A stretch of 64,000 nt of DNA from Methanobacteriota archaeon (GTDB taxonomy: Archaea; Thermoplasmatota; Poseidoniia; Poseidoniales; Poseidoniaceae), in contig JAYOBJ010000004.1 of assembly GCA_038104845.1 (NCBI GenBank), forward strand, positions 14,129 to 78,128, written 5' to 3'. Each line of letters starts with the position of its first letter. Positions within the stretch are counted from its first letter, which is position 1. Shown in pieces: positions 49,692 through 58,737 of this stretch. Position numbers and translations under genes: made by a program. A model generated the notes under the pieces. That model saw nothing but the letters and a program-made list of their open reading frames with translations. It searched no databases and was not told where the DNA came from.

Positions 49692-51506
49692 ATGGCTGGC
49701 GAAGATGACAACAAAGTGGGCATGGCCGAATGCGGTTCGTGCCGTGCCGTGATTCCCATTGATTCCAAAGCATGTCCGGAATGCAACACGTCGTTTCAGG
49801 GCGTGTCGGATGAAGCCCTGGGCGAGTGCGGTGCTTGCAAGAGTTTGGTCCCTCTCGACTCAACCCGTTGCCCAGAATGCAGTGTGCTGTTCGTGGCCGA
49901 CGATGTTGTGGATGTGTTGCGCCAGTGGGTGGCGAACACCGGCATTGACTTGAGGAAACTTTTCGACAAATTTGATGAGAATGGCGACGGTATGATCGAT
50001 TCCTCTGAGTTGCGAGAAGGACTGCTCAGCCTCAACCTTGCCGACCTCCCCCCAAGTCAGGTGGAACGTTTGGTGCAAGAAATTGACGAGGACGACAACG
50101 GCGTGATCGACCTTGATGAGTTCATTGATATCCTTTCATCGGAAGTGGATGGCACCGAAACCCAAGAAACCGAGGTTGATGTTTCCACGGACGAGGACGC
50201 CGTCGACGCAGATATAGCCAATGAAGAAACGAACGCTGGAGCCGACGAGGTTGACGATGACCCCGAAACGGACGATGATGTTGACCACGAGGATTCAGAT
50301 GACAACGCCGACGGGTTGGACGATAACCGCCAAGTGGAAGAAGACGGCTCTGCCGTGTCCGTGGACGACGACCGTGACCACGATGACGATGTTTCGGCCC
50401 ACAAAGACGTTGTTTCGCTCAAGAATCCCCTCCTTGAACTGGCCAACATGATGGATGAACTGGGCATATCGGCTCAGCGCGTGTTCAATGATCTCGACCG
50501 CGACGGCAACGGTTCCATCTCCAAGGACGAGCTCATGAAACTCCTCGGGACCGACTACGGTGAATCCATGGACATGGACACACTCGAGATGCTGATGGAG
50601 CAACTCGATGAAGACGGTGACGGTTCGGTTGACCTCGCTGAATTTTACGATTCGCTTGAAAACCTTGACGACCACGAGGAGACGGTTGAGGAAACTGAGG
50701 AGGAGGAGGATTACTTCCCAACGCCCATGCAAAAGCGCATGATGTCGAAGGTATGGAACGACTCAGTCTGGCCAATTCTTCACACCGGATTCGCTCTGAT
50801 GCTGATTTTGGTGTTGGTCAACGCCCTCGTGGGTCCAGTTGACGGCAGCGGGGGTGCTGTTGTTTACGAACCCATGCAAGGCGGTCTTTTGCCCAACGAT
50901 GTGAACCCAGGCGATGTGTTCCCCTGCGATGAAAAGTATCAGGAGGGAGGTTGTTCCAACTCGCTGACACCGTTCAGTGGGAAGGACGGAGCGTCCTCCA
51001 TGCCAAAAGGGTTCTATCTTGATGGCATTGTCTTCATGATCCTGAGCCTCATGGGGTTGACGGCGTCACTGTTCATGCACTTGGTTCGTGTGCCTGCATG
51101 GCGTGCTCGCGCACGGGCCATGCGTGAGTTTGAGGGGGACAAGGCCGATGCTGCACAAGGCGCTGAAGGCGAGAGGGAAACCGTCGATGAGGCTGAAGTG
51201 GAACCATCAGAAGAAACTGAAGAAACTTTGGATGACGACGAGGAGGTCGACGACGATGACGAAATCAATAACGACGCCCGTGACTTGGATGAAGATGTTG
51301 AGGAATTGGACGATGAAAGCGATGATGCTGAGGAAGGATCCGACGACGAAATTGATATCGGTTCCCACATTGGCTTGGTCTTCGACGATGAGGAAGTGTT
51401 CGGAACCATCGTTGAATTCGACGATGAGGAAGGGACCGTGACCATCGAAGAGGATGGCACCGGTGACTTGGTCACCGGATACCAAGATGATATGTTTCTT
51501 GAGTGA
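49692..51506 (+). CDS. acidic membrane protein with two N-terminal zinc ribbons and four EF-hand Ca2+-binding loops
   Basis: CGSC-x12-CPEC and CGAC-x12-CPEC ribbons. EF-hand loops DENGDGMIDSSE, DEDDNGVIDLDE, DRDGNGSISKDE, DEDGDGSVDLAE. Two TM helices flank a Cys-containing loop; poly-D/E tails. Confidence 0.7.
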   Translation: MAGEDDNKVGMAECGSCRAVIPIDSKACPECNTSFQGVSDEALGECGACKSLVPLDSTRCPECSVLFVADDVVDVLRQWVANTGIDLRKLFDKFDENGDGMIDSSELREGLLSLNLADLPPSQVERLVQEIDEDDNGVIDLDEFIDILSSEVDGTETQETEVDVSTDEDAVDADIANEETNAGADEVDDDPETDDDVDHEDSDDNADGLDDNRQVEEDGSAVSVDDDRDHDDDVSAHKDVVSLKNPLLELANMMDELGISAQRVFNDLDRDGNGSISKDELMKLLGTDYGESMDMDTLEMLMEQLDEDGDGSVDLAEFYDSLENLDDHEETVEETEEEEDYFPTPMQKRMMSKVWNDSVWPILHTGFALMLILVLVNALVGPVDGSGGAVVYEPMQGGLLPNDVNPGDVFPCDEKYQEGGCSNSLTPFSGKDGASSMPKGFYLDGIVFMILSLMGLTASLFMHLVRVPAWRARARAMREFEGDKADAAQGAEGERETVDEAEVEPSEETEETLDDDEEVDDDDEINNDARDLDEDVEELDDESDDAEEGSDDEIDIGSHIGLVFDDEEVFGTIVEFDDEEGTVTIEEDGTGDLVTGYQDDMFLE

Positions 51507-51886
51507 ACATGAGCCATGAAGAACGCGACCCGCTTGACGCCTTCCACGGCGTCGCATCGTGTACTGTCTGCGGTTGTTTTGCCACGAAAGGCACACTCCG
51601 TTGCCCTGAATGTGGAACGTTTCATTCCGGAGCCGTGATGGTGGAACGTGCGGCCCCCTCGGCGGAAGAACGCGTTGCTGCTCAACCATCTGCGCCCGAC
51701 CCCAGCATGTATTCCCTCGGACCTTCTTCTTCGATCGTTGAAGAAGCGTTCGAAGAATCCGATGAGGTCAAAGCCTGGACCGGTGGCAGCACTGATTTTT
51801 CATTTGAAGAGGACGATGATCCGGTGCCGCAACCCATCACCATGACGGTGGTCGAACCCGAAATCGTCGCCTCCAATGATGATTGA
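51503..51886 (+). CDS. small zinc-ribbon protein with an acidic C-terminal tail
   Basis: CTVCG-x10-CPECG ribbon; start overlaps the stop of the EF-hand gene. Confidence 0.5.
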   Translation: MNMSHEERDPLDAFHGVASCTVCGCFATKGTLRCPECGTFHSGAVMVERAAPSAEERVAAQPSAPDPSMYSLGPSSSIVEEAFEESDEVKAWTGGSTDFSFEEDDDPVPQPITMTVVEPEIVASNDD

Positions 51887-51971
51887 TTAAATGAATTTCA
51901 TTTGGCAATAATTACAGTCATTGAATTTTAGGCACTCATCTGAAAGTCAAATCAGACCGGTCTTCTGAAGA

Positions 51972-52047
51972 TGGTGGGCTCGGCCAGAATTGAACTGGCG
52001 ATCTTTGCCATGTCAAGGCAACGTCATAACCCCTAGACCACGAGCCC
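51972..52047 (-). tRNA. tRNA-Val: tRNA-Val (anticodon GAC), CCA encoded
   Basis: Reverse complement GGGCTCGTGGTCTAGGGGTTATGACGTTGCCTTGACATGGCAAAGATCGCCAGTTCAATTCTGGCCGAGCCCACCA folds into a canonical cloverleaf: 7-bp acceptor stem, anticodon loop TTGACAT (U33, GAC, A37), T-arm GCCAG/TTCAATT/CTGGC. Confidence 0.9.
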
Positions 52048-52073
52048 TAGGTAGTTGCCCCACCTGACCGTTC

Positions 52074-52080
52074 TCTTTAA
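52074..52080 (-). promoter_or_regulatory. putative TATA box (TTAAAGA on minus strand) for tRNA-Val
   Basis: Centred about 30 nt upstream of the mature tRNA 5' end, preceded by a GAATTCG BRE-like segment. Confidence 0.35.
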
Positions 52081-52104
52081 CGAATTCGGTGGCGGTCTTC
52101 CCCA

Positions 52105-52257
52105 TCAACGGATGATCTTGGAAATTTTACCAGTGCAGGACCCATTTGAGCACAATCCGGCGTAGCGCGTTCGTCCGTTCGCCATTGCGAGTTCCTTTCC
52201 TTCTCGGATTGGGCCATATGTTTTGCACTTCATGCAGTAACCCTCGATGTCCGTCAT
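52105..52257 (-). CDS. DUF5679-like small zinc-ribbon protein
   Basis: EGYCMKCKT-x22-CSNGSC matches the short CxxC...CxxC DUF5679 pattern. Start at the internal ATG (MTDIEG). Confidence 0.55.
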   Translation of the reverse strand: MTDIEGYCMKCKTYGPIREGKELAMANGRTRYAGLCSNGSCTGKISKIIR

Positions 52258-52467
52258 GATGCTCAATTTACATTCGGTTCGGTGGACGATTTGAATCCTT
52301 TGTTCATGGTTCAAATAAATCAGATGTTTTGGCCTCCGAGGGTATACGTGGGGCAGTAAAATCAGAAAAATACATGATTATTGGATTTGCACTTCAGTTC
52401 AAACGGGGGGCTGCGAGGCAGCTGATGCAACATTTCGGAAAGGGATGGATGCCCAATATCAGCAATT

Positions 52468-52491
52468 GTCGCATAACTCACATTATGCGAC
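52468..52491. repeat. perfect 9-bp inverted repeat with 6-nt spacer (GTCGCATAA-CTCACA-TTATGCGAC)
   Basis: Read directly from the sequence; lies 15 nt past the stop of the minus-strand ABM gene. Confidence 0.6.
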
Positions 52492-52505
52492 GCCACAGCC
52501 ACTGC

Positions 52506-52829
52506 CTACTGGGGCATTCTGGCGTCAAAGTCATCTTCGTCGATTTCAAACACACCAACCAACGGTGGACCGAGCATTTGCGCTTCCAAACCACCGTCCT
52601 TCACATCGATCGTCCGTTGGATTTCTTCAGCAACCCGTTGCCAAGCTTCTCTGGTCTCGAACACCGATTGGACCAGGTGCATGCTCGCTTCGCCTGGCGC
52701 TGACGCCACCCATGCAGCGATGCACCCGTCCGAACGTCGTTTCAATGCTTGGCGCGCCTTCAACATGCGGAGCATGCGTGCGTGGCATCCGTCTTTGGAA
52801 GAACACACCACCGTCTCGATCCAATACAT
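52506..52829 (-). CDS. ABM-like (antibiotic-biosynthesis-monooxygenase fold) small protein
   Basis: About 107 aa with DGC...WETREAW-type pattern typical of ferredoxin-like ABM domains. The antisense ORF 52329..52703 is judged spurious. Confidence 0.5.
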   Translation of the reverse strand: MYWIETVVCSSKDGCHARMLRMLKARQALKRRSDGCIAAWVASAPGEASMHLVQSVFETREAWQRVAEEIQRTIDVKDGGLEAQMLGPPLVGVFEIDEDDFDARMPQ

Positions 52830-52898
52830 GAATTACACCTAATGCCGTTTCAGTTAAAGATTAATGTAAAAATTCATTTATTCGTGCATGGAATCGAT

Positions 52899-54059
52899 TC
52901 AATCGATGGTGTGTTCAATCAGGTTGCCCTCCAACATGGTCGACCATACGGGGGTGTGGCTTGGCTGAAGTGCCCACGATTCCCAATGCGGACTTGCAAG
53001 GATGTTGAGGTTCGCTACGGCGCCTTCTCGGAGGACACCGTGGTCCATTCCGCTGGGATGGGGTGAGGTGGAGGCGGCCCTGCACGTGACGGCCATGAGC
53101 GCTTCCATCGGGTGCAAGCCTGCTCGCTGCACCATCAACGATCCGATGAAGGGCAAACTCAAGGTTTGGCAATTGGGGTTGAAATCGGTGGCCAATGTGA
53201 AATGGACGCCGTGCTGGATGACTTCTCGCATGTCCGGAAACGGGTCGCCCATGGCATAGGGCGTTCCGGGTAAATAGCCGGTGTTGACACCGGCCTCGGT
53301 CATGGCCATGCGCGTATCAATCGGTGTGTGGTACGCATGGTCAGCGGTTTGGACCTTGTGCTCAATCGCAAGATCGCCACCGCCACCGTCCGCGAACTCA
53401 TCAATGTGCAACCGCAAGGCGAGGCCGTGTTTTTTTCCAGCCACCAAGAGGTCAGATGTTTGATCGACCGAAAACCAGCCGGGTTCGCAAAACACGTCCA
53501 TGGAACGGGCGATTCCTTGGTCCACGACAGATGGAAGTTGCTCGCTGAGTAACGATTCGGTGTAGTCATTGATGGAAATCCCAGGAGGGGCATCGTGTGC
53601 GCCCATCCACGTGATGTCGAGGGATGGCAGTCTTTGAAGCCTGGAAAGCTCATTCATCATTTGGAGCAAGTTCAATTCAGATTCGGTCGACAATCCGTAT
53701 CCGCTTTTGGCTTCCATGTGCGTGGTGCCTGTGCGAAGGGCTTGCCGCATTCGGTTCACCCCGCGAGCCATCATTGAATCGGGCGGGGCACTCCTGGTGG
53801 CTGAAACGGTCGAGCCAATACCGCCACCAAGATGTGCAATGTCAATGTAGGATTTCCCTTCGTGCCGCCATGCCACTTCTCTTGACCGGTCGCCTGCCCA
53901 AAGCAGGTGGGTGTGGGTGTCGATGAATCCGGGCACAACCGCCCGTCCTTGGGCATCCACCATTGTATGGTCGTCGCTGCCCTCCCGGCCGTATTCATCG
54001 ATGGCTTCTGATGAAGAATAAATTCGTTCGATTACATTATTGTTTGTAACAATTGCCAT
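52899..54059 (-). CDS. hutI: imidazolonepropionase
   Basis: Amidohydrolase motifs PGFIDTHTHL, HLGGG, and DAHxH-like HIDEF. Start at the internal ATG (MAIVTNN). Confidence 0.85.
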   Translation of the reverse strand: MAIVTNNNVIERIYSSSEAIDEYGREGSDDHTMVDAQGRAVVPGFIDTHTHLLWAGDRSREVAWRHEGKSYIDIAHLGGGIGSTVSATRSAPPDSMMARGVNRMRQALRTGTTHMEAKSGYGLSTESELNLLQMMNELSRLQRLPSLDITWMGAHDAPPGISINDYTESLLSEQLPSVVDQGIARSMDVFCEPGWFSVDQTSDLLVAGKKHGLALRLHIDEFADGGGGDLAIEHKVQTADHAYHTPIDTRMAMTEAGVNTGYLPGTPYAMGDPFPDMREVIQHGVHFTLATDFNPNCQTLSLPFIGSLMVQRAGLHPMEALMAVTCRAASTSPHPSGMDHGVLREGAVANLNILASPHWESWALQPSHTPVWSTMLEGNLIEHTID

Positions 54060-54191
54060 CTCCGTGGAGTATAATTCGTCTTCATTGAGGCCTTCGTCAA
54101 GGTGAACCAACACTCCAATGTTGTGAACGATGGTGGCCACAAGGCATGACCGTTGAAGAGGGTTGAAGAACAATGGGTTGGTCCAAACACC

Positions 54192-55199
54192 ATGTCAGGA
54201 TGGACCCTTGGCATTGAAACAACTGCTCACACTCTGTCGTTTGGGTTGGTCAACGCCAACGGAGAACCGTTTCCAGCAGCTTCGGACACCCTCCGGCCCG
54301 ATGAAGGTGGCATTCACCCACGGGAAGCCGCCGACCATCACAAAGACGTCGCCGCAGAGTTGTTCGCCAACGTGTTGGACATGCACAACCTTCAGCTGGA
54401 GGACATCGGTGCCGTTGCGTATTCACAAGGGCCCGGTCTTGGACCATGTTTGCGTGTGGGTGCATCCATTGCACGCGGGATCGCCACCCGCCTCGACGTC
54501 CCGCTCATCGGCGTCAATCACTGTGTCGCACACATTGAGATTGGTCGTCAACAGTGTGGGTGCGATGACCCCGTCCTCCTGTATGTGTCGGGTGGCAACA
54601 CGCAGGTGATTGCACGCCTCAATGGACGGTACCGCGTTCTCGGCGAGACCCTCGACATCGGTATTGGTAACATGCTCGACAAATTTGCCCGGCAACAAGG
54701 CATTCCCTTCCCGGGAGGGCCAAAAATTGAGTCACTGGCCAACGCCTATCTCGAACGTTGCCCTCAACCCAGTATGGAAGGATTGGAACTGCCTTATGCC
54801 GTTCGCGGCATGGACCTGGCCTTCTCTGGATTGTTGACGGCTGCTCAGCGATTGGTGGACAACGGCCAACCGCTTGATGCAGTGTGCTGGTCTTTGCAAG
54901 AGCATGCGTTTGCCTCCTGTGTTGAGGTCGCTGAGCGGGCCATGGCTCACACTGGAAAGCATGAATTGCTCCTGGGAGGAGGGGTGGCTTGCAACGAACG
55001 AATGCGTGCCATGTCCACCATGATGGCCGAAGATCGGAACGGGTCCTCGCATGCACCGCCGAAGATGTACTGCATTGACAACGGGACCATGATCGCCATG
55101 TTGGGTGCACTTGAATTGGACAACCGAACGACCTCACTCGAGGGCAGCGCCATCGACCAATACTTGCGAACCGACCAAACACCCATCCAGTGGGCGTGA
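54192..55199 (+). CDS. kae1: Kae1 (tRNA t6A threonylcarbamoyl-adenosine transferase, KEOPS catalytic subunit)
   Basis: LGIETTAHTLSFGLV N-terminal, metal-binding HCVAHIE, YVSGGNTQ, LLLGGGVACN. Confidence 0.9.
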   Translation: MSGWTLGIETTAHTLSFGLVNANGEPFPAASDTLRPDEGGIHPREAADHHKDVAAELFANVLDMHNLQLEDIGAVAYSQGPGLGPCLRVGASIARGIATRLDVPLIGVNHCVAHIEIGRQQCGCDDPVLLYVSGGNTQVIARLNGRYRVLGETLDIGIGNMLDKFARQQGIPFPGGPKIESLANAYLERCPQPSMEGLELPYAVRGMDLAFSGLLTAAQRLVDNGQPLDAVCWSLQEHAFASCVEVAERAMAHTGKHELLLGGGVACNERMRAMSTMMAEDRNGSSHAPPKMYCIDNGTMIAMLGALELDNRTTSLEGSAIDQYLRTDQTPIQWA

Positions 55200-55236
55200 A
55201 GTGGACCCCATACCGTTTTAACAGGTCAACATACCG

Positions 55237-56124
55237 TTGCAATCGGGGGATTCATCCATCGACCGACGCAGGCCACCACGAAAGCAAGAGTTCAATCCGT
55301 TTGCAAAAGACGCTCAGCAACAGGCACGGCGTCGACGGGACGAACGCGATCGTCAGGCCGGCAGGAGGCCACCCGCCCCAACCGAGGTCCCAGAAACACC
55401 AAAGCAAGACGTGCAAGCTGACTTTTTGAGAAAGCAGGCGGAAGCAAGAGAAAAATTGGTTCAGAAGGGCGATGTCTCGGCACCTGCCGTTCAGCCCGCT
55501 GCTGTCAATCACACCGTTCGGGCAGAACAAAAACCGTCGGGCAACGACGTTGTACGGAAGCAGTCACGCGAGGATCGCCTTGCTGAACTCCGCCGCAAGT
55601 CCGAAGAACTGAAGAAAAACGCCGCTGAAACCGTCGAGGTCCACGCCGAAGCGGACACGGTCGCAGCCACCGTGGAGGCAGTGGAGAGCACCGTTTCGGT
55701 CGACCCCAAGCCGGCCGAAGAGTTGACCGACGAACCAGCGGTTCTTTCCTTGGAAGTCGGCACCGTGATGACGCCACAAAACGTGTTCAAAAAGATCGAG
55801 ACCAAGGTGAAACCCAAGGACCATCGCGGTCGGAAACGGCGGCGCTTTGACAAAACCGGTGGTGGGCGTCAAAAGGCAGAAAAACTGCTGAACCGTCAAA
55901 AATACCTTGAATACAAGTACGCCGCTAAGGACATCTTGAACAATCCCGATGTAGCAGAAGAACACCGCTCGAACGTTCTCGGCCAAATATGGGCAAAGGG
56001 TGAACGCATCGGCGTTGATGAGTCCCACGCTTTCATTGAACAAAAAGTGGAGGAATTGATCCTCACTGAAACCGTCGCAAACGAACTGCGCCAACTCGTC
56101 AACCGAATGACAACCAGGAGATGA
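55237..56124 (+). CDS. hypothetical Lys/Arg-rich protein
   Basis: Highly charged, likely nucleic-acid-binding; occupies the slot after kae1 where bud32 is often found, but shows no kinase motifs. Confidence 0.5.
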   Translation: MQSGDSSIDRRRPPRKQEFNPFAKDAQQQARRRRDERDRQAGRRPPAPTEVPETPKQDVQADFLRKQAEAREKLVQKGDVSAPAVQPAAVNHTVRAEQKPSGNDVVRKQSREDRLAELRRKSEELKKNAAETVEVHAEADTVAATVEAVESTVSVDPKPAEELTDEPAVLSLEVGTVMTPQNVFKKIETKVKPKDHRGRKRRRFDKTGGGRQKAEKLLNRQKYLEYKYAAKDILNNPDVAEEHRSNVLGQIWAKGERIGVDESHAFIEQKVEELILTETVANELRQLVNRMTTRR

Positions 56125-56128
56125 AACC

Positions 56129-56635
56129 ATGAGCAACACCATGAAAATTGAAGCCAACACCGTCGCAAGCGTCCATTACACGGGCACACTCCCTGAATCC
56201 GGGGAAGTTTTTGACTCCAGTGAGGGTCGTGATCCCTTGACCTTCCTTGTCGGGCACAACCAAATGATTCCGGGCTTCGAAGCCAATCTAATGGGCTGCT
56301 CGGTGGGCGATCGAATGGAATTCACCCTGACGGCCGACGAGGCGTACGGTCAACGCGACGATGAAGCCGTGATGCAGATCGAGCGGTCCAACTTCGCACA
56401 ACTTGAACAAGAAGCGGCCCTTGAAGTTGGAATGCAACTTGTGGCACAAATGCCCCACGGCCCTGCCCCATTCACGGTGACGACGTTGACCGATGACACG
56501 GTGACGGCCGACTTCAATCACGCGCTGGCAGGCGAGTCGCTGATGTTTGCCGTCGAAGTTGTCGACGTCCGTGAAGCCAGCGAGGAAGAACTCGCCCACG
56601 GCCACGCCCACGGACCCGGTGGTCATCATCACTGA
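56129..56635 (+). CDS. slyD: FKBP-type peptidyl-prolyl isomerase (SlyD-like) with a His-rich tail
   Basis: FKBP core (VHYTGTL...GEVFDSS) with an IF-domain insertion and C-terminal HGHAHGPGGHHH. Confidence 0.85.
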   Translation: MSNTMKIEANTVASVHYTGTLPESGEVFDSSEGRDPLTFLVGHNQMIPGFEANLMGCSVGDRMEFTLTADEAYGQRDDEAVMQIERSNFAQLEQEAALEVGMQLVAQMPHGPAPFTVTTLTDDTVTADFNHALAGESLMFAVEVVDVREASEEELAHGHAHGPGGHHH

Positions 56636-56679
56636 AGACCAACCGAGTGTTCATACACGGCCATGGTTTCAGTCGTAAC

Positions 56680-58263
56680 ATGGTCAAGGAACGGAAAGAC
56701 CGTTGGGCCACCTTGAGCGGCGTCGAACTTCCCTCGTCGGATGCTCCGGACGGTGCTGCCTGGCCCCGGTCGCCTGCGGGGACCGCCCCCTACACCCGTG
56801 GCGTCCACGCCAGCATGTACCGCAGCCGGTACTGGACCATGCGCCAATATGCAGGATTTTCGAGCGCCCGTGAGACCAACGAGCGGTTCAAACTCCTCTT
56901 GGAGCGCGGCCAAATGGGCCTCTCTGTCGCCTTTGACCTCCCCACTCAACTCGGCATGGATGCCGATGATGAACTCGCTTACGGCGAGGTGGGTAAGGTC
57001 GGAGTCTCCATATGCAGTGTTGAGGACATGAAAGTTCTCTTCGACGGCATTCCACTCGACAAGGTCAGCACCTCCATGACCATCAACGCACCCGCCATGG
57101 TGCTTCTCGCCATGTACATCGTCGCCGCTGAAGAGCAAGGTGCAGCACCATCGGCCCTTCGCGGGACCATCCAAAACGACATCCTGAAGGAGTACATCGC
57201 CCGTGGGACCTACGTGTTTCCACCGGGGCCCTCCATGCGACTGATCACCGATACATTCGCCCATTGTGCCAAGGAAGTCCCCCAGTGGAACACCATTTCA
57301 ATCTCCGGTTATCACATCCGCGAAGCAGGGTCAACCGCCGTGCAGGAATTGGGATTCACCCTTGCCAACGCCTTAGCGTATGTTGATGCAGCGATTGAAT
57401 CGGGGCTCGCCATCGATGAATTTGCGCCAAGGCTGTCCTTCTTTTTCAATTGCCACAACGATTTCTTTGAGGAAATTTCGAAATTCCGAGCCGCACGGAC
57501 GCTTTGGCATGACCTGTTGGTGGAGCGCTACGCTCCGTCCAACGAAAAAGCGCTCAAATTGAGGTTCCACACGCAGGTGGCCGGGGTGAGTTTAACGGCC
57601 CAGCAACCGCTGAACAATGTCACTCGGGTCACCATTCAAGCGCTTGCAGCTGTGCTGGGTGGGACGCAAAGCCTCCACACCAACGCCTATGACGAGGCCT
57701 TGGGTCTGCCGACGGAGGCCTCGGCGACCGTGGCGTTGCGAACTCAGCAAATCATTGCCGAAGAGTCCGGTGCAGCCGATGTCGTGGATCCCCTTGGCGG
57801 TTCGTGGTTCGTTGAGCGCCTCACCGACGAGATGTACAACCAAGTACGGACGTTGATTGAGGAGGTTGAGCAACGCGGCGGAGCACTGGCGGCCATCGAA
57901 CAAGGCTGGCCGCAGCAGCAAATTCACGCTTCGGCATACCAATATCTCAACGAAATTGAACACAACCAACGGCGGATCGTTGGCGTCAACCACGGCGTGA
58001 TGGATGAACACCAAACCATCCCTGTGATGAAAGTGGACCCTTCGCTTGGCGAGCGTCAAACGGAACGCCTTGCAGCATTGCGTGCCGCCCGCGATGCAGC
58101 ACGCGTGGCGGAGGCATTGGATGCGGTGCGCACCGCTGCTGGTTCGGACACAAACCTGTTTCCACCCGTGATCCAAGCCGTTCGTGCCCGAGCCACCCTC
58201 GGTGAAATCATCGGTGTGATGAAGGATGAATTTGGCACGTACATGGCACCAAGTGGGTTTTGA
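56680..58263 (+). CDS. mcmA: methylmalonyl-CoA mutase, large (catalytic, N-terminal) subunit
   Basis: PYTRGVHASMYRSRYWTMRQYAGF, the substrate-binding TIM barrel, and no B12-binding domain in this ORF. Confidence 0.85.
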   Translation: MVKERKDRWATLSGVELPSSDAPDGAAWPRSPAGTAPYTRGVHASMYRSRYWTMRQYAGFSSARETNERFKLLLERGQMGLSVAFDLPTQLGMDADDELAYGEVGKVGVSICSVEDMKVLFDGIPLDKVSTSMTINAPAMVLLAMYIVAAEEQGAAPSALRGTIQNDILKEYIARGTYVFPPGPSMRLITDTFAHCAKEVPQWNTISISGYHIREAGSTAVQELGFTLANALAYVDAAIESGLAIDEFAPRLSFFFNCHNDFFEEISKFRAARTLWHDLLVERYAPSNEKALKLRFHTQVAGVSLTAQQPLNNVTRVTIQALAAVLGGTQSLHTNAYDEALGLPTEASATVALRTQQIIAEESGAADVVDPLGGSWFVERLTDEMYNQVRTLIEEVEQRGGALAAIEQGWPQQQIHASAYQYLNEIEHNQRRIVGVNHGVMDEHQTIPVMKVDPSLGERQTERLAALRAARDAARVAEALDAVRTAAGSDTNLFPPVIQAVRARATLGEIIGVMKDEFGTYMAPSGF

Positions 58264-58272
58264 GGTGACAAC

Positions 58273-58698
58273 ATGACGTTTGGACCCATTCACATTGACC
58301 ACATTGGCATTGCATGCAACAACCTCGATGATGCCAGTGTGTTTTGGCACCTCATCGGTCTCACTCAGGGCGACCATGACGAAACCGTCCGTGAACAAGG
58401 CGTGACGACGCGTTTCTTCTCAACATCAAGCCCCTTCGAGGGCCGACCATCAAAAGTGGAATTGCTTGAACCGACGGGGCCCGAGACGCCGATTGGTCGA
58501 TTTCTTGAGAAGCGGGGCCCGGGTGTTCAGCAGGTGTGTTTCCGAGTGGGTGACCTCGTCGGATTGTTGGCGCACCTCAAGGCCAACGGGGTCCGCCTCA
58601 TCGATGAGGTCCCACGTACTGGGGCCGGCGGCATGCAAATCGCCTTCGTGCACCCTTCATCCACAGGCGGCGTCCTGGTGGAATTGGCCCAAGGTTAA
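58273..58698 (+). CDS. mce: methylmalonyl-CoA epimerase (VOC/glyoxalase fold)
   Basis: IDHIGIAC...GVQQVCF...HIAF metal-ligand pattern of MCE. Confidence 0.85.
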   Translation: MTFGPIHIDHIGIACNNLDDASVFWHLIGLTQGDHDETVREQGVTTRFFSTSSPFEGRPSKVELLEPTGPETPIGRFLEKRGPGVQQVCFRVGDLVGLLAHLKANGVRLIDEVPRTGAGGMQIAFVHPSSTGGVLVELAQG

Positions 58699-58737
58699 GT
58701 CGCAACGTACATAGGCGGTCAATTCAACTTCATCCCA

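Noticed and set aside
51120-51480. GAC/GAA/GAT-rich repetitive DNA
   Set aside because: Simply encodes the poly-Asp/Glu tail of the EF-hand protein. Not an independent repeat element.
52329-52703. 124-aa plus ORF in the AT-rich islet
   Set aside because: Overlaps antisense the ABM-like gene, which has a recognisable fold pattern and a proper ATG. Likely spurious, though which strand is real is not certain.
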